32,000 nucleotides of DNA, taken from NCBI RefSeq assembly GCF_049243625.1, contig NZ_CP046975.1. One strand, 5' to 3'. The DNA comes from Corynebacterium amycolatum. GTDB taxonomy: Bacteria; Actinomycetota; Actinomycetes; Mycobacteriales; Mycobacteriaceae. Position 1 is the stretch's first letter. Each line of letters opens with the position of its first letter. A program made the translations under genes and the position numbers. Under the pieces are notes generated by a model. It was not told the origin of the DNA and searched no databases. It saw nothing but the letters and a program-made list of their open reading frames with translations. Shown piece by piece: positions 7,911-16,653 of the stretch.

Positions 7911-9200
7911 CTAGTTGTCCAGCACGTCGTGAACAACGATGGTCTGGTCACGACCCGGGCCAACACCGATGTAAGAAATGCGAGCGCCGGAGAGCTCCTC
8001 CAGGCGGTTCAGGTAATCCTTGGCCTTGTCCGGCAGCTCATCGAAGGTGCGGCAGCCAGTGATGTCTTCGTCCCACGCAGGCATGGTCTCGTAAATCGGG
8101 ACAGCGTGGTGGAACTCCGACTGGGTGAGTGGCATTTCGTCGTGGCGCACGCCATCAACGTCGTAAGCGACACAAATCGGAATCTCGCCGATACCGGTCA
8201 GGACGTCCAGCTTGGTGATGAACAGATCCGTGAAACCGCTGACGCGCGCGGCGTAGCGAGCCAGCACCGAGTCGTACCAACCACAGCGGCGCTTACGGCC
8301 GGTGTTGACCCCGACCTCACCGCCGGTGGTCTGCAGGTACTCGCCCCACTTGTCGAACAGCTCCGTCGGGAACGGGCCAGCACCGACGCGGGTGGTGTAG
8401 GCCTTCATGATGCCCAGCACCGAAGTGATCTTCGTCGGGCCGATACCGGTGCCCACGCAGGCACCACCAGCGGTTGGGTTCGAGGAGGTCACGAACGGGT
8501 AGGTGCCGTGGTCGACGTCGAGCATGGTGGCCTGGCCGCCCTCCATGAGGACGTGCTTGCCGGCATCCAAAGCCTGATTGAGCTCAAACTCCGAGTCGAT
8601 AATCATCGGACGCAGGCGGTCGGCGAAGCCCATGAAGTAATCAAAGACCTCATCCGGATCGATGGCGCGACGGTTGTACAGCTTGACCAGAATCTGGTTC
8701 TTCTGAGCCAGCGAAGACTCAATCTTCTGGCGCAGAATCGACTCATCCAGAATGTCCTGGACACGCAAGCCCGTACGGCCGACCTTGTCGGCGTACGTCG
8801 GGCCAATACCGCGGCCAGTGGTGCCGATAGCGCGCTTACCCAGGAAACGCTCGGTCACCCGGTCCAGCGTCTGGTGGTACGGAGCAACCATGTGGGCATT
8901 GCCGGAAACGCGCAGGCGGGAGGCCTTTGCACCGCGAGCTTCAAGGCCATCAATCTCGTCGAAAAGCGCCTCGAGGTTGACCACACAGCCATTACCGATA
9001 ATCGGCACAGCGTTTTCCGACAGCACACCCGCCGGAAGCAGCTTCAGCTCGTACTTCTCACCGCCGACGACAACGGTGTGGCCGGCGTTATTGCCACCGT
9101 TGGGCTTGACGACGTAGTCAACGCGGCCACCGAGAATATCGGTTGCCTTGCCCTTGCCCTCGTCGCCCCACTGGGCACCGACGATAATGATTGCGGCCAT
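7911..9200 (-). CDS. purA: Adenylosuccinate synthetase
   Basis: 429 aa. The N-terminal P-loop block [21 protein letters not shown], plus [18 protein letters not shown] and the C-terminal [12 protein letters not shown], are all canonical PurA blocks. Confidence 0.97.
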   Translation of the reverse strand: MAAIIIVGAQWGDEGKGKATDILGGRVDYVVKPNGGNNAGHTVVVGGEKYELKLLPAGVLSENAVPIIGNGCVVNLEALFDEIDGLEARGAKASRLRVSGNAHMVAPYHQTLDRVTERFLGKRAIGTTGRGIGPTYADKVGRTGLRVQDILDESILRQKIESSLAQKNQILVKLYNRRAIDPDEVFDYFMGFADRLRPMIIDSEFELNQALDAGKHVLMEGGQATMLDVDHGTYPFVTSSNPTAGGACVGTGIGPTKITSVLGIMKAYTTRVGAGPFPTELFDKWGEYLQTTGGEVGVNTGRKRRCGWYDSVLARYAARVSGFTDLFITKLDVLTGIGEIPICVAYDVDGVRHDEMPLTQSEFHHAVPIYETMPAWDEDITGCRTFDELPDKAKDYLNRLEELSGARISYIGVGPGRDQTIVVHDVLDN

Positions 9201-9251
9201 AGTCCTACTTCAACTCCTGGGATTGCAGACGACGCATTAGAGTGTAGTCCT

Positions 9252-10196
9252 ATGCGTATTGTTGTGCTGCAGTGTGGCCCCGATGTACCCGCGTTTTCCC
9301 AATTGCTCCGCCAATCATGGTCTATATCAGCACCGTCCGCACCATCAGCACCAGCTACTCCGGCACTACCCGCCTATGCGCTTCACGACGTCGCGATGAT
9401 CCCCGCCCGCAAGGAGCTGGCTTTCATCGACGACCTGGCCAAGGACGTACTGCCTATCGATACAGCACCGACGCCGGAGGAAATCTCCAAGCAGAAAAAG
9501 GTCGACCACTTAGGCGCTCCGCAACCCGCTCCGCAAAAGCCGAGCGAGCCGTTGCGAATTGTGGTCGTTGGCACCGACGCGGCACTGGCTGCCGTGGCAA
9601 CCTACCTGATGCGCAAGAACCTCCTGTGGATTGAACTGGCACATGTCCCCACCGCCCCCTCGACCGCGGCCAAAAACTGGGGCATCGAAGGAGGAGAAGG
9701 ACTCGATGCGACGGCCGCGCTCACACGCCCGACGATGCCAGTGCCACTGATCCGCGATGACACCGGGCACGCAATTGTTGGTTACGTCCTACTGACAGAG
9801 CCAGGAATTACCGGAGTGTCCTCGGAAAACGGGTTTACTGGCGAGGTCTATGTCGACGAGCATCAGATGTTCTCCGGCACATCCACCGGCCTGCAGATTC
9901 GCCCTACCCCCGACGCCCCGGGCATCGTTGCGGCCGAAGTTCCGGCGCCGGACGCGGAAGTCGGTAACGAGGATGGAGGCAACAAAGGCCTGCTGAGCCG
10001 ACTCGGATTGGGTCGCGGTGGCCGTCGTAAAGCGAAAGAAGCCCCGTCCCGCGAGCTGCACCGCCCGATGACGGGTCGGGCAGTTCAGGTTGGTGGCCTG
10101 AGCTTCCGTTACGTACGCGATGGCGTAGAGTCGCGAAAGCCGCGCGAGAAAACAACTCTGTACCGACACCTCCGCGACTTGCAGATTGTGCACTAA
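9252..10196 (+). CDS. Conserved hypothetical protein divergent from purA
   Basis: This is the in-frame 3' part of the 755-aa ORF-track entry. The first ATG after purA is at 9252 (MRIVVLQCGPDV...). It contains a SAPSAPSAP low-complexity stretch and a segment LRIVVVGTDAALAAVATYLMRK...LAHVPTAPSTAAKNWG that loosely resembles a degenerate DAGK/NAD-kinase-fold motif. The C-terminal part is basic. Function unknown. Confidence 0.55.
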   Translation: MRIVVLQCGPDVPAFSQLLRQSWSISAPSAPSAPATPALPAYALHDVAMIPARKELAFIDDLAKDVLPIDTAPTPEEISKQKKVDHLGAPQPAPQKPSEPLRIVVVGTDAALAAVATYLMRKNLLWIELAHVPTAPSTAAKNWGIEGGEGLDATAALTRPTMPVPLIRDDTGHAIVGYVLLTEPGITGVSSENGFTGEVYVDEHQMFSGTSTGLQIRPTPDAPGIVAAEVPAPDAEVGNEDGGNKGLLSRLGLGRGGRRKAKEAPSRELHRPMTGRAVQVGGLSFRYVRDGVESRKPREKTTLYRHLRDLQIVH

Positions 10197-10234
10197 CTGC
10201 GTCGGGGGGGGCAATAGCCACGGTCTGTCTGCGA

Positions 10235-10262
10235 GAAAGTGGCCTGCATGAAAGTGGCCTGC
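10235..10262. promoter_or_regulatory. Tandem 13-bp direct repeat GAAAGTGGCCTGC x2 upstream of the DUF1707 gene
   Basis: Identical copies lie at 10235-10247 and 10250-10262, giving a 15-bp period. A related inverted half (AAAGCCACTG, about 10297-10306) and a 14-bp palindrome AACATTtgAATGTT (10283-10296) follow before the ATG at 10325. Confidence 0.45.
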
Positions 10263-10324
10263 GCGATAGTTCGAGTACAGATAACATTTGAATGTTAAAG
10301 CCACTGCCTCGATAGGACAGCATC

Positions 10325-11017
10325 ATGACTGACAACACCCCACGGTTACGCGCTGGCGACCAAGCCCGCCACACTGCGCTGGAACGCTTGGAATGGGCAT
10401 TCCGCGATGGCCAGATTGACTTTGCGGAACTGCAGGAGCGCACCGAGAAAGCCCAAAAGGCAACGTACATTGATGAGTTGCCCGCATTGACACAGGACTT
10501 GTCGCTGCCCGCGAACCTGGCCGAGCCGACTCCACATGCGCACCCAACCCCTAACCTGCGCCCGAACCTGCACAGCGTCCCGGACGAGCACCATTCAGTG
10601 GCACCGAATGCAGCCAACGATCATCAGCCAGCTCGGATTGATAGCTCCGCCGCGGCAACCGGTTCGAAGCTCTCCATCGGCATCTTCGGCGGCACCGACA
10701 AGAGAGGCCCTTGGACGTGCGCTCCCACGCACACCACGGTGGCGGCCTTCGGCGGGACTGGCTTGGATTTCCGCGAGGCCATCCTGACCGCGGAAACCAC
10801 TGTCGTCAACATTGGCTGCGCCTTCGGTGGAGTCGACGTCATTGTCCCCGACCACTACCAGGTTGATGTCGACGTGCTCCCCATCTTTGGCGGCACGGAT
10901 GTTACTGGAAAACCGGGACGCAACCTACCCGCTCCTGGCGCCGGACAGGCTCCGAAAATTATTGTGCGCGGCTTTGTCGCTTTCGGTGGCGTCGAGGTCA
11001 AGCGCGTACCGCAGTAG
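10325..11017 (+). CDS. DUF1707 (SHOCT-like) N-terminal domain protein with LiaF-like C-terminal domain
   Basis: N-terminus RAGDQARHTALERLEWAFRDGQIDFAELQERTEKAQKATYIDELPALTQDL fits the DUF1707 pattern. A Pro/His-rich linker follows. The C-terminal region has repeated GG(T/V)D strands (IFGGTDKRG..., AFGGTGLDF, AFGGVDVIVP, IFGGTDVTG, AFGGVEVK), as in LiaF/DUF2154-type domains. Confidence 0.7.
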   Translation: MTDNTPRLRAGDQARHTALERLEWAFRDGQIDFAELQERTEKAQKATYIDELPALTQDLSLPANLAEPTPHAHPTPNLRPNLHSVPDEHHSVAPNAANDHQPARIDSSAAATGSKLSIGIFGGTDKRGPWTCAPTHTTVAAFGGTGLDFREAILTAETTVVNIGCAFGGVDVIVPDHYQVDVDVLPIFGGTDVTGKPGRNLPAPGAGQAPKIIVRGFVAFGGVEVKRVPQ

Positions 11018-11104
11018 AGCAGGTTGCAGTAGCACGGGGCAGTAGAGCGTACCGCAGTAACCGACTGACGCCTAGCGAGCCGCTACTCGCCCACTCCTCA
11101 CCGG

Positions 11105-12508
11105 CTACTCGTCCCATACCTCCGGCGGCATTGCTGGGAACGGCGTCGTCGGCGGCAGCGTTGCCACGGCTGAACGTCTGGACAGGCCACACACCTGCAA
11201 CAGGTCCACCACCAATGAGCGGGACTGCGCAAACACGACCTGCTCCGATAGCGTTGCGTCCTCGATGACGCGCGGGTGCATTTTCGCTGCTAGACGACGC
11301 AAGTACCGAACCACATCTTCAAGCTTGACCTCTCCGGATCCCTCGGAAAGCTGGACGATAGCGATGTCGCCGGATTCGAAAGGCAACTCGCCCCACTCTG
11401 GGATTCGGCGCACGGCGGCTTCGTCGTCAAGCACATGACTGACCAGGCGCGTGCCTTCAGATACGCCGAGAACAAGCCCACACAGTTCGGGCGAGAAGTC
11501 GATGTGGTCCTCCCGGGCTGTGATAGCGCGACGCGCGAGCACACGGATGTTGCGCATGGCGTTGTCGACAGGATGAACCATGCGTGACAGCGAGTGGATT
11601 CGATCCCGGGAGCGCCAGAGCAACGGGGAGATGCGGACCTGCTCGCCCGCGTCGGCAACGGTGCGGTCCATCAGCGAGACCTGCGCCTGCATGGAGCGAA
11701 CCACGCTCAGTGCGGTGCGGATGCGATCGGTGTCGCCCTCTTTCATGCCGATGCCGATGTCATAAAGTACGTCTGCACCCATGTCGAGGACCTTGGCCAC
11801 CTTGCGGCGAGCACCCGCCAGCGGGCTTCGCGGCAATACCATGAGCACAATAATGCCCACCACACCACCGACGAGAGCATCGATCATTCGGTAATAAGAA
11901 CCAGCGGTGCCCGGCGGAATAATGGTGGCGATGAGCACGGCTGAAGATGCCGCTTGGTTCACCACAAGCGGGCCTCGACCGACAAACACGCCGATGATCA
12001 TGGCGACAAACACACCGACGGTCAGCTGCCAAATACCCGAGCCGAGGATGGAGATAATCACATCACCAATGCCGACTCCCAGCGAGGCACCGAGCACCAA
12101 CTCAACAGAGTGCTTCAGGCGAGGACCTGCGGTCATCACATTGAGGCTGATGAAAGCGGCCATCGGCGCGAAGAACGGGTTGGGGTGCCCCAGTACCTCA
12201 AGCGCGAACCAGTAGGCCAACCCGGCGGCTAGCGTCGCCTGGACAATAAGCATCCAGCGGGAGCGCACACGGGCAACGGCATGGAGGAAACGCGTGCGGG
12301 GCCTCACTTTCTGACGCAGCTTGTTTGCTGCGCGGGAGGCCGGATGTAGGTACGTATTGCGAAAATCTTGGAAATCCGGGCGCGGATTATCCTCGACGAA
12401 TTGCGTTTCCTTAGCTTCGACGAGATCGCCGACATGCGCGGGAGCAATGTCCTCAAGATCCCTGGCAGCTGCGGCATCCTTATCTTCCCCACCAGCGATG
12501 CCAGCCAT
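11105..12508 (-). CDS. FUSC / aromatic-acid-exporter family membrane protein
   Basis: Multi-TM N-terminal half with LAAGLAYWFALEVLGHPNPFFAPMAAFISLNV, typical of the FUSC/ArAE family, followed by a cytoplasmic helical C-terminal half. I favour ATG 12508 (GAGGA about 10 nt upstream). The ORF track starts at GTG 12544. Confidence 0.7.
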   Translation of the reverse strand: MAGIAGGEDKDAAAARDLEDIAPAHVGDLVEAKETQFVEDNPRPDFQDFRNTYLHPASRAANKLRQKVRPRTRFLHAVARVRSRWMLIVQATLAAGLAYWFALEVLGHPNPFFAPMAAFISLNVMTAGPRLKHSVELVLGASLGVGIGDVIISILGSGIWQLTVGVFVAMIIGVFVGRGPLVVNQAASSAVLIATIIPPGTAGSYYRMIDALVGGVVGIIVLMVLPRSPLAGARRKVAKVLDMGADVLYDIGIGMKEGDTDRIRTALSVVRSMQAQVSLMDRTVADAGEQVRISPLLWRSRDRIHSLSRMVHPVDNAMRNIRVLARRAITAREDHIDFSPELCGLVLGVSEGTRLVSHVLDDEAAVRRIPEWGELPFESGDIAIVQLSEGSGEVKLEDVVRYLRRLAAKMHPRVIEDATLSEQVVFAQSRSLVVDLLQVCGLSRRSAVATLPPTTPFPAMPPEVWDE

Positions 12509-12538
12509 GCCGAAGTCACCATCCTCATATGAAAAACT

Positions 12539-12603
12539 GTGCACTTTTTATGTACCCGATGTGCTGTTGTGCACTTTTATGCGCTCGCTGAATCTCTGTG
12601 CAC
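12539..12603. promoter_or_regulatory. Three GTGCAC palindromes, two within a 13-14-nt direct repeat GTGCACTTTT(T)ATG, upstream of the FUSC gene
   Basis: GTGCACTTTTTATG lies at 12539-12552, GTGCACTTTTATG at 12569-12581 and GTGCAC at 12598-12603. The element fills the 61-97 bp gap between the DUF3151 stop (12606) and the FUSC start. It could be an operator set or a terminator-like structure, since the minus strand reads GTGCAC...GTGCACAGTTTTT. Confidence 0.4.
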
Positions 12604-12605
12604 GA

Positions 12606-13016
12606 TTAAAGACCCAACTCTGGCAGCGCGGATTCATCACTGTCACGCAGCAACGCCATCATGCGACCGAATTCATCATCCTCGCCGATAGCCTTAGCAG
12701 CCTTAGCCAACGCCGCGAAGGCGCGGAGCACACCACGATTGGGCTCGTGCTCCCATGGAATCGCTCCGAACCCCTTCCAGCCGTTTCCGCGCAGCAGGTC
12801 CAGACCGCGGTGGTAACCAGTGCGGGCGAAGGCATAGGCCTGAATCTCCTGACCTTCGGACAAGGCACTTTCAGCCAAGTCTGCCCACGCCTGGGAATCG
12901 CGCGGGCATGCGCGAACCACGGCCTCCGGGCTTGCGCCACCGTTGCGGGCAGCAACGGCCTCGTCAAGAACGGGGAGCTTCACGGGAGCAGGAGCCATCA
13001 TGTCATTGAGTTTCAT
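12606..13016 (-). CDS. DUF3151 domain-containing protein
   Basis: 136 aa from ATG 13016 (AGGAC upstream). The conserved blocks ...CPRDSQAWADLAE..L..G..I.AYAFARTGYHRGLDLLRGNGWKGFGAIPWEHEPNRG.LRA...LA.AA..IGE match the actinobacterial DUF3151 family as I recall it. It sits in the expected purA/fba neighbourhood. Confidence 0.7.
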   Translation of the reverse strand: MKLNDMMAPAPVKLPVLDEAVAARNGGASPEAVVRACPRDSQAWADLAESALSEGQEIQAYAFARTGYHRGLDLLRGNGWKGFGAIPWEHEPNRGVLRAFAALAKAAKAIGEDDEFGRMMALLRDSDESALPELGL

Positions 13017-13150
13017 GCGTCCTATTGTGCCAGGCATGACGTGCCGATGGCAGGATCTAGGCATGCGACTCTCTGTTGGTAAGGGGCGGGCACAGCGTGG
13101 TGGCGCGGGCGTCGGCAAGCGCCAGATGACGACGAACTAGCGTTCCCCGA

Positions 13151-14356
13151 CTACTCCGGGCAGCTCGGCTTCGTCGAATCCAACGACTCACCATTTTCCA
13201 GCTTGGTCGCAACAAAATCGGCCACTCGGGCACATGCTTCCATCAGCATCCAACCCGACAGCTGGACAGAGAGGTCACGCTCCTTAATCGCCGAACCGCG
13301 AACCGCGCCACCGACTGATTGCGCAACCGAACCGCCCTGTGGGAACTGAGCATTGTCGTTCCAATCTGCGGGGAAAAGCGGCAGGCCATCGACCTCGAGG
13401 CGGTGGTACCAGCACTTTTCCCCCGACGCCAGAACCAGTCGGCGAGCAATGCGGGCTGCCGCGCGATTCATGCGATTGTCTCCAGGCAAACGCACCGCCG
13501 CATCGGCGAGGTATCGCACGAGGATGCCGTTGAACAGACCACCATCGCCGCCACCGGCACCGGCGATGACATTGTCGGTGGTCGCCAAATCCTTTGCCAC
13601 CGCGTGGATGAGGTTTTGCACGCGCGTGAAATACTTCGTCGCCTGTTCCCGCTGGCCGTGCGCCCGAAGCGCAAGTCCCACTTCAAGGCAAGCGCCAATC
13701 ATGACACCCTGGTTGTACGTAAACATGCCCTTCTGCACCACGGCACCTGCCATGGACAAGCGAATGCCGTCGTAGAGCAGACCTGAGTCCGCCAAAAGGT
13801 TGGCGTAAACCCAGTCGATAAGTTCCTCTGCCTCCTTGATACGACCAGCCCGGGCCAGAGCGATGGCTGCAGGACCGTTCGAGGGGACGTTGAAAAAGAG
13901 GTCCTGCTCACGCCACGGCAGCACACCCGTGGACTCCTGCCGACCATCGCCCAAGCATGAAATCAGCCGCGCTGTCGTCTTCTTGGGCACCGATGCGCCG
14001 AGGACAGCGTCGGCACGCCCGAGCGCCAACGCCATCCACGCGCGATCGTCATAGTACTTGTTCTTGGTCAGCAGCGTGAGGTTGCGAATGCGGATACCCC
14101 GAGTGGTCTGGCGGATAGCGCGGTACTTCTCCTTAGAGGGCACGCGCTTGGCTGCGTCTACCAGACAGTCGAGATACTGCGCCTGCCACCAGTAATGCCA
14201 GTTGATGAAGACCTTATGTCGCAGCGGCGCGGGCCAGGAAGCCATTGCCAGATTCGTGCCCGGAAGACCCCACAGCTTCGCCGCATGACGGTTGCGAATC
14301 GCCTGCTCAGCCACGTCCGCGCGATAGGCCCACGTTTCGGCCTCCGGACGCGACAT
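13151..14356 (-). CDS. Glycoside hydrolase family 76-like protein (mycobacterial Rv0365c-type)
   Basis: About 401 aa from ATG 14356. The N-terminal RADVAEQAIRNRHAAKLWGLPGTNLAMASWPA...WHYWWQAQYLDCLVDAA pattern and the (alpha/alpha)6-type repeats are typical of actinobacterial GH76 annotations. The assignment is recall-based. Confidence 0.65.
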   Translation of the reverse strand: MSRPEAETWAYRADVAEQAIRNRHAAKLWGLPGTNLAMASWPAPLRHKVFINWHYWWQAQYLDCLVDAAKRVPSKEKYRAIRQTTRGIRIRNLTLLTKNKYYDDRAWMALALGRADAVLGASVPKKTTARLISCLGDGRQESTGVLPWREQDLFFNVPSNGPAAIALARAGRIKEAEELIDWVYANLLADSGLLYDGIRLSMAGAVVQKGMFTYNQGVMIGACLEVGLALRAHGQREQATKYFTRVQNLIHAVAKDLATTDNVIAGAGGGDGGLFNGILVRYLADAAVRLPGDNRMNRAAARIARRLVLASGEKCWYHRLEVDGLPLFPADWNDNAQFPQGGSVAQSVGGAVRGSAIKERDLSVQLSGWMLMEACARVADFVATKLENGESLDSTKPSCPE

Positions 14357-14438
14357 TTTTAGAACCACTGGCTCTCCTTAAAACGGCTGTGAAACAGCTC
14401 TAAAACAGCCTTTCGAAATAAAACACCTAAGCAGACAA

Positions 14439-15110
14439 TTACCAGGCCGCGGTGATGTCTGCATGAGTACGAATCCAAGAGTGCATGGCAATACCCGCCG
14501 CTACCCCCGCATTTATCGAACGCGTCGATCCAAATTGGGCAATCGACACCGTCAGGTCCGCCGCCTGCTGTGCTTCTTCAGTCACTCCCGGCCCCTCCTG
14601 GCCGAAGAGCAAAAGACAACGCTCGGGCAACTCAACGGTTTCGATGGGTACGGAGCCCGGCACGTTGTCCACGGCCACCACAGCCAGGTCATGCTCGCGC
14701 GCCCAGCTAATGACCTCCGACACCGTCTCGTGGTGCAGCAAGTGCTGGTAGCGGTCAGTCACCATCGCGCCGCGACGATTCCAACGCTTGCGCCCCACGA
14801 TGTGCACGGCCTCCACCAGGAAGGCATTTGCGGTGCGTACCACGGTGCCGATGTTGGAGTCATTCTCAAAATTCTCGATGGCGATGTGCAACGGATGACG
14901 ACGCTTATCCAGCTCCGCGACGATAGCCTCCATCGTCCAGTAGCGGTAAGCATCGACGACATTGCGTCGGTCGCCCTCATCCAAAAGCTGCTCATCGTAT
15001 TCTGGGCCGGTCGGCCGAGGTTCGTTCGGGTGCTCCTGCTCCCACGGCCCCACCCCGACACGAGCCTCAAACCACTCCGTCGGCCCCTTCCCGGGCTCAG
15101 GCGCGGTCAA
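14439..15110 (-). CDS. TrmH/SpoU-family RNA 2'-O-methyltransferase
   Basis: SpoU motifs are present: NIGTVVRTANAF, LLLFGQEGPGVTEE and SINAGVAAGIAMHSW. The start is uncertain: TTG at 15110 overlaps the upstream gene by 14 nt, and GTG 15053 is an alternative. Confidence 0.8.
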   Translation of the reverse strand: MTAPEPGKGPTEWFEARVGVGPWEQEHPNEPRPTGPEYDEQLLDEGDRRNVVDAYRYWTMEAIVAELDKRRHPLHIAIENFENDSNIGTVVRTANAFLVEAVHIVGRKRWNRRGAMVTDRYQHLLHHETVSEVISWAREHDLAVVAVDNVPGSVPIETVELPERCLLLFGQEGPGVTEEAQQAADLTVSIAQFGSTRSINAGVAAGIAMHSWIRTHADITAAW

Positions 15111-15942
15111 GAGTCAACAGCCCCTCGACCAGGAACAACTGCGCCATGGTGTAGGTGTCCATCACTGCAGCATTCAGAAGCTTGCCGACGACGCCCTCCT
15201 CCGCAAACATCTTTCGAGCCATCAGTAGCGTGTCGGAGATGAGGAACAGGTTGCCACCGTGACCTAGGCCGTAGGTGGCATCGGCAATCGGCAGGCCGGT
15301 CTGCTCATCAGTTCCGACAGCACCGGCCCCCTCCAGCAGTACCGGGTCATCGGCCAGTGCAGAAGTCACGGCCAGCAGCGGACCGTATCCAACTGCAGCG
15401 GGCAGCGCCTCTGGCTTTACAGCACCGACCAGCGGTACCGAACCAGCCCACAGTGGGAAGCGAATGGCAGCACGCAGCGCGCTAATGCGAGCTCCGGCAC
15501 GCCACAGCAGCACGTGGTAGGCAACCTGGTTAACTGCGAACGGCACAGAACCGCGGTTCAGGTTCGGCTTGTTCGGCATGAGAATCAAGTCGCCCAACCA
15601 ACCGCCGGCGAGGCCGATGAGCAGGGTGGTCGTCGTGAAGCGAGACGTCTCGTGGCGACGGCGCCAAACATTGGCCGCTAACAGTGGCATGAGGACAGTC
15701 TTGGAAACTCGACGTGGAGTCTCCCAGCCGAAGGCGCTGGAGACAACGTTGACCGCACTGGCGGCAATGTAGCCGGCGCGTTCCGGGGCACGGCGGGTGT
15801 CGGAGCTTGCGCTGGCGATACCGACGAGTGCGCCGAGGCCCTCGCCCGTGCGACGCACAAACATGTCAGCGACGGTTTCCTTGGTGCCGGGGAGTTTGGT
15901 CGTAGTGAGCTTGGACAAGAGTCCTGCACGCTTGGTAGTCAT
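15097..15942 (-). CDS. YhhN-family (lysoplasmalogenase-like) membrane protein
   Basis: Polytopic membrane protein with YhhN-type motifs: GLAGGWLGDLILM (xxGDxxL), FAVNQVAYHVL (F...H..Y-like) and NLFLISDTLLMARKMF (F.xSDxxLa). AAGAGGAA SD lies upstream of ATG 15942. Confidence 0.65.
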   Translation of the reverse strand: MTTKRAGLLSKLTTTKLPGTKETVADMFVRRTGEGLGALVGIASASSDTRRAPERAGYIAASAVNVVSSAFGWETPRRVSKTVLMPLLAANVWRRRHETSRFTTTTLLIGLAGGWLGDLILMPNKPNLNRGSVPFAVNQVAYHVLLWRAGARISALRAAIRFPLWAGSVPLVGAVKPEALPAAVGYGPLLAVTSALADDPVLLEGAGAVGTDEQTGLPIADATYGLGHGGNLFLISDTLLMARKMFAEEGVVGKLLNAAVMDTYTMAQLFLVEGLLTLDRA

Positions 15943-16041
15943 GGGGATGTTCCTCTTTCGTGGGACTGCGTTGGGGCGGATGAGCTGGGTGAGGCTCAGT
16001 GAGTTGAGTGAGGCTCGGTAAAAGCTCTAGCGCTCAGATTC

Positions 16042-16602
16042 TTAGGCCAGGCCCAAGTCATCCAAACCGAGCAGGTAACGGTACTCCAGGCCTTCACCCT
16101 TGATGACCTCGTCGGCGCCCGTCGCGCGGTCAACCACAGTGGCTACACCGACAACCTCGGCGCCGGCCTCGCGTAGGGCAGCTACGGCGGTCAGCGGCGA
16201 GTTGCCCGTCGTGGTGGTGTCCTCAACAACCAGGACCTTCTTGCCCACAATGTCCGGCCCCTCAATGCGGCGCTGCATGCCGTGCTTCTTGGCTTCCTTG
16301 CGTACTACGAAGGCATCAATCGGACGTCCTTCGGCGTGCATGACAGAGGTGGCCACCGGATCCGCGCCAAGCGTCAGACCACCGACGTGCGCGTAGTCCC
16401 AGTCGGCAGTGAGCTCCCGTAGCAGGGAACCAATCAGGCGCGAGGCCTCATGATGTAGGGTGGCGCGGCGCAGGTCAACGTAGTAGTCAGCCTCACGTCC
16501 AGACGACAGCGTGACCTTGCCATGGACAACCGCCAGCTCCTTGACCAGCTCGGCCAAACGCTGCAGCTTCTCCTGATTGACATTGCTCGTGTGGGTGCTC
16601 AT
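16042..16602 (-). CDS. pyrE: Orotate phosphoribosyltransferase
   Basis: 186 aa with SGREADYYVDLR and the PRPP loop KVLVVEDTTTTGNSPLTAV. GGAGA SD lies 9 nt upstream of the ATG. Confidence 0.93.
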   Translation of the reverse strand: MSTHTSNVNQEKLQRLAELVKELAVVHGKVTLSSGREADYYVDLRRATLHHEASRLIGSLLRELTADWDYAHVGGLTLGADPVATSVMHAEGRPIDAFVVRKEAKKHGMQRRIEGPDIVGKKVLVVEDTTTTGNSPLTAVAALREAGAEVVGVATVVDRATGADEVIKGEGLEYRYLLGLDDLGLA

Positions 16603-16653
16603 CTGAGGTTGTCTCCTAAATAAACGACTGTGTGCTCAAGGATATGTCTGGTT

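Noticed and set aside
7929-9251. The first about 1.3 kb of the 755-aa plus-strand ORF (7929-10196), which would be the longest plus-strand ORF in the region.
   Set aside because: It is exactly antisense to purA, whose product has unmistakable conserved blocks. The translated sequence is low-complexity and Arg/Ala/Val/Gly-rich, as expected of a high-GC shadow frame. Only the part after ATG 9252, beyond the purA start, is treated as a gene.
10205-10211. G7 homopolymer tracts (10205-10211 and 18856-18862) as possible phase-variation switches.
   Set aside because: Both are intergenic and downstream of stop codons (3' of the 9252-10196 gene and 3' of the sulfurtransferase gene). They are not within an ORF or between -35 and -10 elements that I can identify. 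Length 7 is marginal for slippage.
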